From an uncultured Candidatus Saccharibacteria bacterium (GTDB taxonomy: Bacteria > Patescibacteriota > Minisyncoccia > Phycocordibacterales > PALSA-1337): a stretch of 64,000 nt of DNA. Positions 39,552 through 48,515 of the stretch are shown here, one piece after another (position 1 is the stretch's first letter; each line of letters begins with the position of its first letter). The translations under genes and the position numbers were made by a program. Location: assembly GCA_964495685.1 (NCBI GenBank), contig CAZBVQ010000002.1, positions 107,284 through 171,283 on the forward strand. The letters are read 5' to 3'. The notes under the pieces are model-generated. The model was not told where the DNA came from and ran no database searches. It was given only the letters and a program-made list of their open reading frames with translations.

Positions 39552-40703
39552 TTATTTAATAACCGGGATTTCCTTGCCGTCCTTTATGACAAAGTTAGCA
39601 AACCCCACACCTACTACATCACCATTTTCATCAAAGTGGTAGGTACCAACGGCTCCTGTATACTCTTTCATTGAGTACAAATAATCCTTTATCTTAGTAG
39701 CATCTGTCCCGACTGCCTTAATTGCTTGAGCAATGATATATGCGCGATCATATGAAGCAGCCATCTCAAACTGATTTATTGGGTCAGAATTATATGTGTC
39801 TTTATATTTCTTCAAGAGAGATTGGCCCTTATCTGAAAGCTTTGTCGAATCACTGATGACTATGCCATCGGTATATGATCCTGCAATAGCAATAGCATCC
39901 GCCCCACCGAGATTGAGGTTGCTTGTAACGGGGATTCGGATACCTAGATCCCGCATCTGTTTGAGTATACGAGCACCTGTCTTACCGGTCTGCGCATTGA
40001 TATAGATAACCTCAGGATTCTTCGCCTTCACACCTTGTAACACCGTACGAAAATCATCAACCGCAATTCCTGGACCACCAAATAGTTCGTCAGCCACAAC
40101 AGGGACATTGGCTTTAGCCAACACCTCCTTCATGACCGATCTAACGCCTTGCGTATAATCTGTATTTTCTGATATTAGCCCTGCATTCTTGAAGTGTGAA
40201 GCAATGTAAGTGGCGTCTGTTTTTGCAACATCAGCATCTGAAGGTGCATTGCGGAATATATAATCACCAGCCGTAGAAATTTGAGGGTTACTTGAGAAAG
40301 ACGACAATACAATCACGTGAGCATCTTCAGCAATTGGAGCAATCGCCAGCGTCTCACTACTACAAGCTCCGCCCAATATAATACTCACCTTGTCTATATT
40401 TATAAGTTTTTGTGCGGCACTTGCAGCGTCCTTGCCAGTACACTTGCCATCCTCATAGATGACTTCGATTGATCTACCATCAATACCTTGTGAGCTATTT
40501 ATCTCATCAACAGCGAGCTTAAGCGCATTCTTTTCTGTTTCTCCATAGACCGAGGCATCCCCTGTCAACGGTCCGATAAACCCAATCTTGACTGGCTCTT
40601 TTGAGGTCACAGATGTATCCTTGGTTCCTCGTGACGACGAAACACCCCAAATAATGAGGAGGAGTACAATCAAACCAATGATTATTTTTGCTGTTTTTGA
40701 CAT
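39552..40703 (-). CDS. ABC transporter substrate-binding protein, LivJ/K family, paralogue 6
   Basis: TM anchor plus VKIGFIGPLTGDASVYG. Confidence 0.7.
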   Translation of the reverse strand: MSKTAKIIIGLIVLLLIIWGVSSSRGTKDTSVTSKEPVKIGFIGPLTGDASVYGETEKNALKLAVDEINSSQGIDGRSIEVIYEDGKCTGKDAASAAQKLINIDKVSIILGGACSSETLAIAPIAEDAHVIVLSSFSSNPQISTAGDYIFRNAPSDADVAKTDATYIASHFKNAGLISENTDYTQGVRSVMKEVLAKANVPVVADELFGGPGIAVDDFRTVLQGVKAKNPEVIYINAQTGKTGARILKQMRDLGIRIPVTSNLNLGGADAIAIAGSYTDGIVISDSTKLSDKGQSLLKKYKDTYNSDPINQFEMAASYDRAYIIAQAIKAVGTDATKIKDYLYSMKEYTGAVGTYHFDENGDVVGVGFANFVIKDGKEIPVIK

Positions 40704-40815
40704 AATAAATACAGGTAATTAATAACGAGAAATATCTTTGCCCTAAGGATAGCATGGCCCGAAAATGATGCAACAAAAAGGGGCGCTACTGCCATACAAG
40801 GTTTAACCTTGTATC

Positions 40816-41100
40816 CTACTTCCCCTTCCTCTGATGTATCGCCACACAATTTCTGTCAGGATCATAGACCACTGCCATCTTGCAGCTCGGGAAATCTTGG
40901 GGTTCTATCTTGAATGAAACCTTGGCATCCTTGAGCTTCTTCACAACAGCGTCGAAATCGACAGCTTCCAAGGCAACAACAGCTCCATCCGATGAAGGTT
41001 TCCAATCAGGAGAACACCCGATAGACAAAGTGCCTGAGCCAATATTGTACTCGATCCACATCGAGTCTTCCTTGGCCGGATAATCATCATTTGGCACCAA
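40816..41100 (-). CDS. VOC (glyoxalase/bleomycin-resistance fold) family protein. The domain homology continues upstream of the first ATG
   Basis: The in-frame upstream translation up to the stop at 41218..41220 reads ...HTISSPLFKEIAFSIYAVTDIKKARAFYEGILG-MVPNDD..., which is the beta1-alpha1 start of a VOC domain. No ATG, GTG or TTG occurs in that upstream stretch. Confidence 0.5.
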   Translation of the reverse strand: MVPNDDYPAKEDSMWIEYNIGSGTLSIGCSPDWKPSSDGAVVALEAVDFDAVVKKLKDAKVSFKIEPQDFPSCKMAVVYDPDRNCVAIHQRKGK

Positions 41101-41217
41101 GCCAAGAATACCTTCATAAAAGGCACGAGCTTTTTTGATATCGGTTACCGCATAGATCGAGAACGCAATTTCTTTGAAAAGTGGTGATGAAATAGTGTGT
41201 GCATTATACCCATATAC

Positions 41218-43287
41218 CTACCGTGAATTCAAGATGCGTTGGAAGAACGTCCCTTTGGCGTTTATGATCTTCTCACGCTCCGTGAAGTTGCCCGCCTTGT
41301 CATAGACCCGCAGACGGATTGGGATCTGACCAATATCCACCAGCGGCACATAGGTCTGACGTCCGACAGGCAAGAATGTATTGTTATTTATGTTCACATA
41401 CATCATGTCTTGGAGTCCGCTCATCGAATCACGACCACTGAACTCCAGACGCACCACATCTCCGACGCTGACCGACTCTTCGCTCACCCGAATAGAGACA
41501 TCCGTCGGCGGTGTCGTATCCACCATGACCTTGTAGTGACGAACCGTACCGTAGGTCGAGCCGAACAGTGGTACGACATGGAAATAAAATACCCCATCGA
41601 ATGGTGCCGTCACCACTGCAGATATTCCTGTTGTTTTCGTGCCCGCATAGGGCACCGTATCAGTGGCTTGATCCAATGTATACAGATACGCATCCGCACC
41701 GACTGACGTCCAGAACATCTTCATGGTCGCCGCATTGTACCATCGTGATGGATTGGCATGTGTCGGCGAGAATATGATGGGCATGTGCGGATCAGTAGTC
41801 GACGCGTGCGGATTCTGGGTCACAATACTATCAGACACAATGCGGAACCCCCCACCCGTCGCCCGGCGTAGCACATTGGTACCCAGACCGTCATTGGCGA
41901 GCACCTGTGTGTCAGCGTCGAATTCAAGACGAGCAGTACCGACCTTCTTGGGCTTGAAAATAATATCAGCCACCAACCCTTGCGAACCAGAGAACCCTGG
42001 AGGAAGCACGATACAGGAAATACGTATCTCCTTGGCGGCCACATCTGCCTCTTTCTCCAGATACTGATCACATATAGAATGCGATACATCAATATCCTCG
42101 ATGTCGACAGCTGTCGGGTCATATGACGCATCGATGCGAAGTGCGTTGATAGATTCATCGCCTGTATCGACTAGAATCGAAATTGGTCTCTCGAACGCAA
42201 GATCGAACACACCTGCTTCAGGCTGCAGTCGGAGCGTCGAATTATACAGAATGTAAGGTACTTTCTTGAGTGCGATATATCTGACGAATGATGCACCGTT
42301 GACACTGTATATGATCACAATGAGTACGGCTGCCAAGGTGATGAGTGACCATATATAGTATCGATTGCGATATTCTTTCTTGGTCGACCGATAGGCACGG
42401 TACACAATGCCGCTAAAGACTCCCAACGTCAGGATGACTACAAAGAGTCTAATGGAGAAGGCATAGCCATAATACGGCACGAACACAATAGCTCCTGTCA
42501 GCCGATCACCTTCCAGGCCAGGAAATACGATTGTGTGAACACGATAATAGGTATCCGTCCCGATTTTGACCACATCACCAGTACGCTCTCGTTGGATCCA
42601 ATCAGAATCGACGTTGAAGTGTGAACGTATGATACGACTCGTCTCATCGTCAAATGATGAGCCATATATGCCATATCCTTTCGTATAGAACACAACCTGG
42701 AGACCATCAAATAGATATTTCTCTTTGAACGATCGGGCATATGTATTATCCAGTAGGTTATTGGCGAACAGGGCCCCAATAGTGCTCGTCCCAGACGCAA
42801 TCTGACGACCAGTCGTCATGAGGACTTGTGTCGGATCGAAACTACTAACTTCAATCGATGCAGGACGCCCACCTGCAGCGACAGCGCGCCCCTGAGGACT
42901 GATAAGGAATGTGTTCTCTCCACGACTCGATGAGCTACGTGTGCGAGAAATGATAATTCCTCGATTGTCAGCGACGCCCATAAGTCCGATTGATCGGCGC
43001 TCACGTTCGGCATTCAATACCGTAAGTATCTTGTAGGGATCGTCATCCCGCATATATCTCTGTAGAAGCTCATTCTGGGCGATCAGATCACCTTGTGTGG
43101 TGAGATGATGAAGCTCGGATGCCAACCCTCGATCGAACGCCTTGAGTCCACGTGTATCCAGATGTTTGCTATACAGCCACGCCATCGACAGTGCGATAGC
43201 GAGAAGTACCACGAATACTATGATGCTCACCAAGAATGCACCCCGTAGTGACGACAAACAACGGCACGATGTATATCGAGAAGCCAT
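41218..43287 (-). CDS. Large membrane protein (689 aa) with an N-terminal TM, an extracytoplasmic domain of about 250 aa, a second TM and a long C-terminal beta-rich region
   Basis: Hydrophobic segments at residues about 17-37 and 280-300. No catalytic motif recognised. Confidence 0.4.
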   Translation of the reverse strand: MASRYTSCRCLSSLRGAFLVSIIVFVVLLAIALSMAWLYSKHLDTRGLKAFDRGLASELHHLTTQGDLIAQNELLQRYMRDDDPYKILTVLNAERERRSIGLMGVADNRGIIISRTRSSSSRGENTFLISPQGRAVAAGGRPASIEVSSFDPTQVLMTTGRQIASGTSTIGALFANNLLDNTYARSFKEKYLFDGLQVVFYTKGYGIYGSSFDDETSRIIRSHFNVDSDWIQRERTGDVVKIGTDTYYRVHTIVFPGLEGDRLTGAIVFVPYYGYAFSIRLFVVILTLGVFSGIVYRAYRSTKKEYRNRYYIWSLITLAAVLIVIIYSVNGASFVRYIALKKVPYILYNSTLRLQPEAGVFDLAFERPISILVDTGDESINALRIDASYDPTAVDIEDIDVSHSICDQYLEKEADVAAKEIRISCIVLPPGFSGSQGLVADIIFKPKKVGTARLEFDADTQVLANDGLGTNVLRRATGGGFRIVSDSIVTQNPHASTTDPHMPIIFSPTHANPSRWYNAATMKMFWTSVGADAYLYTLDQATDTVPYAGTKTTGISAVVTAPFDGVFYFHVVPLFGSTYGTVRHYKVMVDTTPPTDVSIRVSEESVSVGDVVRLEFSGRDSMSGLQDMMYVNINNNTFLPVGRQTYVPLVDIGQIPIRLRVYDKAGNFTEREKIINAKGTFFQRILNSR

Positions 43288-43367
43288 GTGACCTCTCTAG
43301 TGTACCACTTCAGGCGCAATACATCTTGACGGTGTTGTGAATATCCTTTATAGGGTACAGATCACGT

Positions 43368-43457
43368 GCTGGGAGGCTTGGACGATGTTCGGGCCTACGG
43401 TCACAAAGCAGAGCGCGTGGCCGCATTAATATACGCTCACTTTAAAAAGGAGTTTGG
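43368..43457 (+). repeat. Direct repeat copy A (90 bp), about 90% identical to 45130..45219
   Basis: It begins with the 48-bp identical block gctgggaggcttggacgatgttcgggcctacggtcacaaagcagagcg. In one frame it reads LGGLDDVRAYGHKAERVAALIYAHFKKEFG. Confidence 0.8.
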
Positions 43458-43664
43458 GGATTCGTTCGGGGGTTCAGGTACGAAATAATTAAGTCACACA
43501 TATAGGTTAGATTATACACTAATTCTTACAAGGAGGCGGAAGTTGCCGAAAGTGGCAAGCAATTGAGCTAGATTTGAACGACCCCTTGTCTTTTTTCCAC
43601 CTCAGAGATATACTCTTAATTGTCTATCGGTTTACCCATAACTGATAGGGTATAACATCCAAGG

Positions 43665-43688
43665 GCCACCTTCCTCGCGGAGGGTGGC
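43665..43688 (+). other. 10-bp GC-rich hairpin GCCACCTTCC-TCGC-GGAGGGTGGC followed by TTTGCGTT
   Basis: Read directly. It lies in the gap between NYN and the 689-aa gene, both of which are on the minus strand, so it is not in a standard terminator orientation for either. Confidence 0.35.
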
Positions 43689-43694
43689 TTTGCG

Positions 43695-44300
43695 TTAGGG
43701 GGTCTTTCCAATCTCGATACGACGTTTGAGTTCTCTACCCCAAATATCATCGGCGATCTCCAAAATGTCAGTATACCCGTCTCCACCCGTCTTCAATTCT
43801 TGAGAGATATTGTTCTTTGATGAGAAAACATGCACCTTCTTTCCACCCCGTTTGAGGTACGTCACTAGAGCCAAGAAATCCGAATCGCCAGTGAATAGGA
43901 CTGCCGTGTCGTATTTGTCACGATGGTGAACCGCATCAATGGTCATCTCTACATCCATATTCCCCTTCTCTTGGATTGCTTCACCATGCTCATCCACAAC
44001 CGTGATTCGTTTCAGTGCCTTTTTCCGCACTTCAAATCCGAGCCCCTTCTTGAGAAATGTGAAAAACTTGTGTTTGCCGTCGAGACTAAACTGACGTGTG
44101 CCTTCTGCGGGGTATGCGGTGTAATAGTAAACAGAGATTGAGGTGCCCTCGTACTGCTTCTTTATATAAGCGATCAGTTTCTCATAGTCAAGAAATCGCC
44201 CCTTCGCCTTTTGAGCCTGCCACAGATTGGACGCATCAATGAATACGAAGATCGTGTTTAGTTTTGGGACTGATTTGTGTGCAGCATCTTTTTTGGACAA
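43695..44300 (-). CDS. NYN-domain (PIN-like, LabA/YacP-type) nuclease-fold protein
   Basis: FVFIDASNL near the N-terminus, then DVEMTIDAVH and LFTGDSDF, matching the NYN acidic residues. Confidence 0.6.
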   Translation of the reverse strand: MSKKDAAHKSVPKLNTIFVFIDASNLWQAQKAKGRFLDYEKLIAYIKKQYEGTSISVYYYTAYPAEGTRQFSLDGKHKFFTFLKKGLGFEVRKKALKRITVVDEHGEAIQEKGNMDVEMTIDAVHHRDKYDTAVLFTGDSDFLALVTYLKRGGKKVHVFSSKNNISQELKTGGDGYTDILEIADDIWGRELKRRIEIGKTP

Positions 44301-44397
44301 GGAGGTTTTCTAAACAGAATAATAGTCGCATTGTATCATAGCCGATAAATAAAATGTGACGGCGTGGGCCATCACATTTAGTAAGCAGACATCGCTG

Positions 44398-44670
44398 TTA
44401 TCCACGAACACAAGATAACTCTTCGGCACGTGCGGCAGCTTCCTCCACCAAAGTCGTGCCGACAAGAAACGTGGGTGAGCTCCAAACTGTTCCGGCCAAG
44501 ACAATTTTTTCTCGGGGAATCTGAGGGAACTCAGTTTCAATCGCTTTAAGGACATCCTCAAGTTTCACTGGCTCACCAGTAAAAGCCAATTGTTTTCCCA
44601 AACCATTGTGGCCCGTTGTTTCTCCAATAATCTGATATTTCATTCTTAATTCCTTTCCTTGAACGTTCAT
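44398..44670 (-). CDS. Small hypothetical protein upstream of the NYN gene
   Basis: About 80-90 aa (MKYQIIGETTGHNGLGKQ...). Co-directional with the NYN gene and 100 nt upstream of it. Confidence 0.3.
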   Translation of the reverse strand: MNVQGKELRMKYQIIGETTGHNGLGKQLAFTGEPVKLEDVLKAIETEFPQIPREKIVLAGTVWSSPTFLVGTTLVEEAAARAEELSCVRG

Positions 44671-45065
44671 GTTCTTTTTATCATAAAGTGACAGTTCTGT
44701 ATATGGGAGAGAACGTGTAGAGAGCGGAACCTATACGTGGGCGGATGTTGCTGAAGCGGCCGATCGAATCGAATAATAATCCTCATTGACTTGCCACTTC
44801 CGGCAAAGATTGCCGTCTTTCCCCATTTTGCGTGCAAGAATACGCTTACCTAGCAACGTCCCTATCAACCACACGACGTTGCTCACAAATATAGTCGAAT
44901 TGTGAGTGGGTAATATGGACACCTATGTTCTACCGGCACGGAGAAAACACCTCCCAGCGCATACTGAAGAACGTGATCGCCATACGAGATACACTCTGGA
45001 CGATTGAAGACGTTCTTACGGACTGGGACGATACTCTCACTGAGAGATCGGAACGCATGATGTAG

Positions 45066-45092
45066 CACTGGGTTCGAATCCAAGTGCCCCGT
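45066..45092 (+). other. tRNA 3' fragment (T-arm with a canonical GGTTCGAATCC loop plus acceptor 3' strand), a candidate attachment-site remnant
   Basis: CTGGG-TTCGAAT-CCAAG-TGCCCCG-T. No matching 5' half lies within 100 nt upstream. Confidence 0.4.
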
Positions 45093-45129
45093 AGCTTGAG
45101 GAAGCCTTACAAATACAGGTTGTTTTCGA

Positions 45130-45219
45130 GCTGGGAGGCTTGGACGATGTTCGGGCCTACGGTCACAAAGCAGAGCGAGCAGCCGCACTCATATATGCTC
45201 ACTTCAAAAAGGAGTTTGG
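45130..45219 (+). repeat. Direct repeat copy B (90 bp), the partner of 43368..43457
   Basis: It reads ELGGLDDVRAYGHKAERAAALIYAHFKKEFG. Differences from copy A are mostly synonymous third-position changes. Confidence 0.8.
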
Positions 45220-45264
45220 ATTTCCAGACGAACGGTAATGTGAAAGGTGCCGTTAGTTTTTGTA

Positions 45265-45624
45265 TCACTCACCTTGCTTGGCTTGGCGAGCGATTTCCCG
45301 CGCGATGATGTCGAGTGATGCCTCAATCTCCCGAAGCATCTCGATAATCTTCGCAAGCTCCTCGTGGCAATCGAGGCTTTGGCGTTTAATAAAACTGTCG
45401 AACAATTGTTTGATAAATCGACGGACCGAACGCTTGCGCGGTGTGTTGTATATTTTTTTCATACACGCCCAGAATAAACGGCGGGAACAAACCGACCAAG
45501 AGGGCAACCTTTGCCGGAAGCGGCAAGGTTTTGCGTACTTTGACAGAAAATAATGGTACGTTAGGATCCGAACGTCGTCGCATTTATTAGTCGTTAATCC
45601 CCAAACGCCCAAGCGCAAGGCCAT
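45265..45624 (-). CDS. Hypothetical small protein. The true start may be the internal Met MKKIYNT, giving about 66 aa
   Basis: The ORF has a basic N-terminus and a helical C-terminus. Confidence 0.25.
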   Translation of the reverse strand: MALRLGVWGLTTNKCDDVRILTYHYFLSKYAKPCRFRQRLPSWSVCSRRLFWACMKKIYNTPRKRSVRRFIKQLFDSFIKRQSLDCHEELAKIIEMLREIEASLDIIAREIARQAKQGE

Positions 45625-45653
45625 TCTTTTAGCCGAACCGCTGGGGAAAATAC

Positions 45654-46070
45654 ATGGGTGCTGACCTCTACATCAAAACCATCCGCCGCTCTCATAAGAC
45701 TCAACCTGACAACGAACAATCCACCAAACATGATCCAGCGGCTTCCGTGCTGTATTTCCGAGACCCCTACAATTTTACCAGTGTGCTTTGGACCCTTGGC
45801 TTATCCTGGTGGCGGGATGTGCTCCCCCTGCTCGACGCGAACCAGGAATTGAAAGGGCAAACGCTCCAACGCTTCAGAGATCAGGTAATGTGCGCCTATC
45901 AGCGGTTACCCACTGTGGAAGATTTGCAACGCGAGAAAGTCCGCGTAGATGCCACCGGCGAGCGCAGCGTCGCAGAATTGCACCGATATTACATCCAACG
46001 GCGAAAGCAACTCCTACGCTTTCTCAACTTCGCCATTTCAAATCGCGCGGCAATCACCTGCTCATTGTGA
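45654..46070 (+). CDS. Hypothetical protein (138 aa)
   Basis: ORF with no motif recognised. Confidence 0.3.
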   Translation: MGADLYIKTIRRSHKTQPDNEQSTKHDPAASVLYFRDPYNFTSVLWTLGLSWWRDVLPLLDANQELKGQTLQRFRDQVMCAYQRLPTVEDLQREKVRVDATGERSVAELHRYYIQRRKQLLRFLNFAISNRAAITCSL

Positions 46071-46661
46071 CGGTTTGCGCGCACGGGCAAGAGCTGCTCC
46101 TGTCCGTGTCAACTTGAATGATAGGCAGTCGCCGGTATGCTCAATTTCAAGTGCTCCCATCCGAGCAAGCGTCTTGAGATCATCTTCGACGAACCTCGGC
46201 TCGATGGGTTTCAACAGTTCTCCAAAATCGTTAAAACCATTCGCCAGTTTAAGTGTCCCCAGTTGAGGCCAAAAATTCATAAAGCGAAAATCGCTGTCGG
46301 CAAACTTGGTCAGGAACCCTTTGGCTTGCTCCGATAATCCAACACCGGGAACGAGCACATCGGCGAGACCGGAAAAATCAACCACACGCGTCAGCACAGT
46401 TGCCAAAGCTTGATTGAGCTCTTTTATCTGTTGAAGAATTGCTTCTTGGTTCTTCTGCAAGAGGGCGTCCACTTCGCGGGCCACATGGCTATCATTAACG
46501 ATCAGGTTTTTTAGTTCTTCATGTTTGTGGTACGCAAGCCACTCGATGAATTCCTGATGGCTGGAAGTTTTTTCCGAGCCACGTTCCTGACGAAAATTAC
46601 AGAGCAGGCCGACGAGGGTCGCAAAATTTTGCGCAAGGAAGGCGGAATCCATAATCATCAA
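46062..46661 (-). CDS. Hypothetical protein (199 aa), the last gene of the minus-strand protease cluster
   Basis: ORF with a 9-nt overlap with 45654..46070 on the opposite strand. No motif recognised. Confidence 0.35.
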   Translation of the reverse strand: MMIMDSAFLAQNFATLVGLLCNFRQERGSEKTSSHQEFIEWLAYHKHEELKNLIVNDSHVAREVDALLQKNQEAILQQIKELNQALATVLTRVVDFSGLADVLVPGVGLSEQAKGFLTKFADSDFRFMNFWPQLGTLKLANGFNDFGELLKPIEPRFVEDDLKTLARMGALEIEHTGDCLSFKLTRTGAALARARKPSQ

Positions 46662-46703
46662 ATCCAGTGTCTGGCTTTATTGTCTCGTCTGGCAGGTTTC
46701 TGC

Positions 46704-46931
46704 TCAATCACGAAAAGATGAGTGATAATTCCGCAGATGATTGATCGTCAAGAGCAAGCCCACCACGCACGCCAAGGCCGGAATGATTCGCAGGCAATTC
46801 GCAACCTCAACTGCCTTGGCCGCAGACTCTCCAAAAACTTGCTCAAAAAGCGAGGCGATCCGACCAATGATGAAAAAGCCAAATAGACCGCTGGCGCAGA
46901 GCAATATCGAATCTCGCAGCTTTCGTTTCAT
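46704..46931 (-). CDS. Small membrane protein (75 aa, two TM helices)
   Basis: Hydrophobic ORF between 46062..46661 and the protease gene. Confidence 0.3.
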   Translation of the reverse strand: MKRKLRDSILLCASGLFGFFIIGRIASLFEQVFGESAAKAVEVANCLRIIPALACVVGLLLTINHLRNYHSSFRD

Positions 46932-46995
46932 CCTTTGTTCAACAACAACAATTCAAAAAAGTTGCGCGGTGCTAGAATGTTCCCCTGACACAATT

Positions 46996-47697
46996 CTAAT
47001 CGTTGCTAAGATTGCTTGCCTTCATTAAGGCTAGAATCAAATTGCCACTGACGGCGACTGCATTTTCCACATTTATCGTCCGCTCGCCGTTGGTGCTCGA
47101 TCTTTGAGAAGTTGAAGCCTGCATTCCAAAGACTCTCCCATCAGTATCGAAAACCGGCCCGCCACTCATACCAAATAGACCCACGTCGCGAATCAGTTGC
47201 CCCGTATGAACTCGGACAACGCCTTGTTTGTCCACGATTTGAGATTCTGCAAAATCCAACAGAAACGAGGGCTGAAAATACCGGCGCACTTTGATGACAT
47301 TGATGCCGCCTTTCCCATCGGCCTCCAATGCGCTCAGTGGGTATCCTCCGATGCAGAGGCTCTTCCCAACATCACCTACCTCCGGTGACAGTTTCGCAAA
47401 GTCAGGGGTTTCAATATTTACTTTTCCCAAAAAAATATCTTTGCCCTGATCCCGTGCGACCTCTTCTATGGCTAACGACGGATTTACTACATTATCCGGA
47501 AGCCACCCCGGGAAAATGAACTGCGTATGGTCATTTTTGTTGCTGAAGACGTGTTCCACAGAGGCAAAAACACCGTGAGAATTGACAAAGAACCCCGTCC
47601 CAACTACGCCTATCGAGAGCTGGCCTGGCTGCAATTGGTCACACCTAAACACGGGGAACATTGCCCTTTGGATCTTCTTGATTCCCGCTACGAACAT
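46996..47697 (-). CDS. Trypsin-like (chymotrypsin-fold, S1) serine protease with no signal peptide
   Basis: His region GTGFFVNSHGVFASVEHV and Ser region GMSGGPVFDTDGRVFGM, with a candidate Asp in KDIFLGKV. No N-terminal hydrophobic signal sequence is present. Confidence 0.6.
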   Translation of the reverse strand: MFVAGIKKIQRAMFPVFRCDQLQPGQLSIGVVGTGFFVNSHGVFASVEHVFSNKNDHTQFIFPGWLPDNVVNPSLAIEEVARDQGKDIFLGKVNIETPDFAKLSPEVGDVGKSLCIGGYPLSALEADGKGGINVIKVRRYFQPSFLLDFAESQIVDKQGVVRVHTGQLIRDVGLFGMSGGPVFDTDGRVFGMQASTSQRSSTNGERTINVENAVAVSGNLILALMKASNLSND

Positions 47698-47766
47698 GTC
47701 GTGATTTATCCTCTAAATGTGACAAGTTGTAAACTTGTTGTTCTCTCCACACCGCCGACAATGCGA

Positions 47767-48339
47767 TCAAAGCCGATAATTCTCAATCAAGTCGCCCGGT
47801 CGGGGGCGGCGTAGAAGCGTCAAGGTAATATCGACCGTGACCGTTGCGCTTTCCTCGGGCTCGCCAAATTCTATCGTGTATTTACCCTCCGGCTCGTCCT
47901 CCGCTGGCAATTCCCTGACGATTCCAGCCATGCCAGCCAGCAAATCATGTGACGGGATGTCTGCAAGAAGTATAACGACCTGATTTTCCTCCAAAGGAAA
48001 CTCATCGCCGAATCGTGCACACCGCATCAAACCACGCTCTTGCTCCGGAAGGAGATTTTGCGCCGTGACCCAAACAGGTGTCTCGAACGATCCTTTGCCA
48101 GGCGGAAAACCGTATGCTGAATCAACAAAAATGGCAGCCGCCCGAAGCAAATTCGATGGAAGGTTCCTTGCTGGTAACGTCCCAGCGCGTTGTATTAACG
48201 CAGTCGCTAGATCATTTTGGTACTGAACATCACGCAGTCGTGCAAGGGCTTCAACCAACTGGACAAAACGTTGTTTTCGGGGTTTTGCGTCCTCCTCAGC
48301 CAACGCATCCGCAACCTCATTTACGGCAACTCGTTTCAT
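47767..48339 (-). CDS. Hypothetical protein (190 aa) upstream of the protease
   Basis: ORF with no motif recognised. It lies about 180 nt from the IS element on the opposite strand. Confidence 0.35.
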   Translation of the reverse strand: MKRVAVNEVADALAEEDAKPRKQRFVQLVEALARLRDVQYQNDLATALIQRAGTLPARNLPSNLLRAAAIFVDSAYGFPPGKGSFETPVWVTAQNLLPEQERGLMRCARFGDEFPLEENQVVILLADIPSHDLLAGMAGIVRELPAEDEPEGKYTIEFGEPEESATVTVDITLTLLRRPRPGDLIENYRL

Positions 48340-48515
48340 ATCTATTAAAAGCTAAAGGACTATGCACCAATCAGTCAATGCAACGTAGATCAAGACACAG
48401 GGCAGACGCATCTAAATGTTTTTTGAAAATGTGTTTGCAAGTGGTTCAATGGAGCCAGCTTGCGCGGCCCGATTTTAAGGTTCCCAAGCGCGCCGTTTTA
48501 TGATTCAAACTGGGG

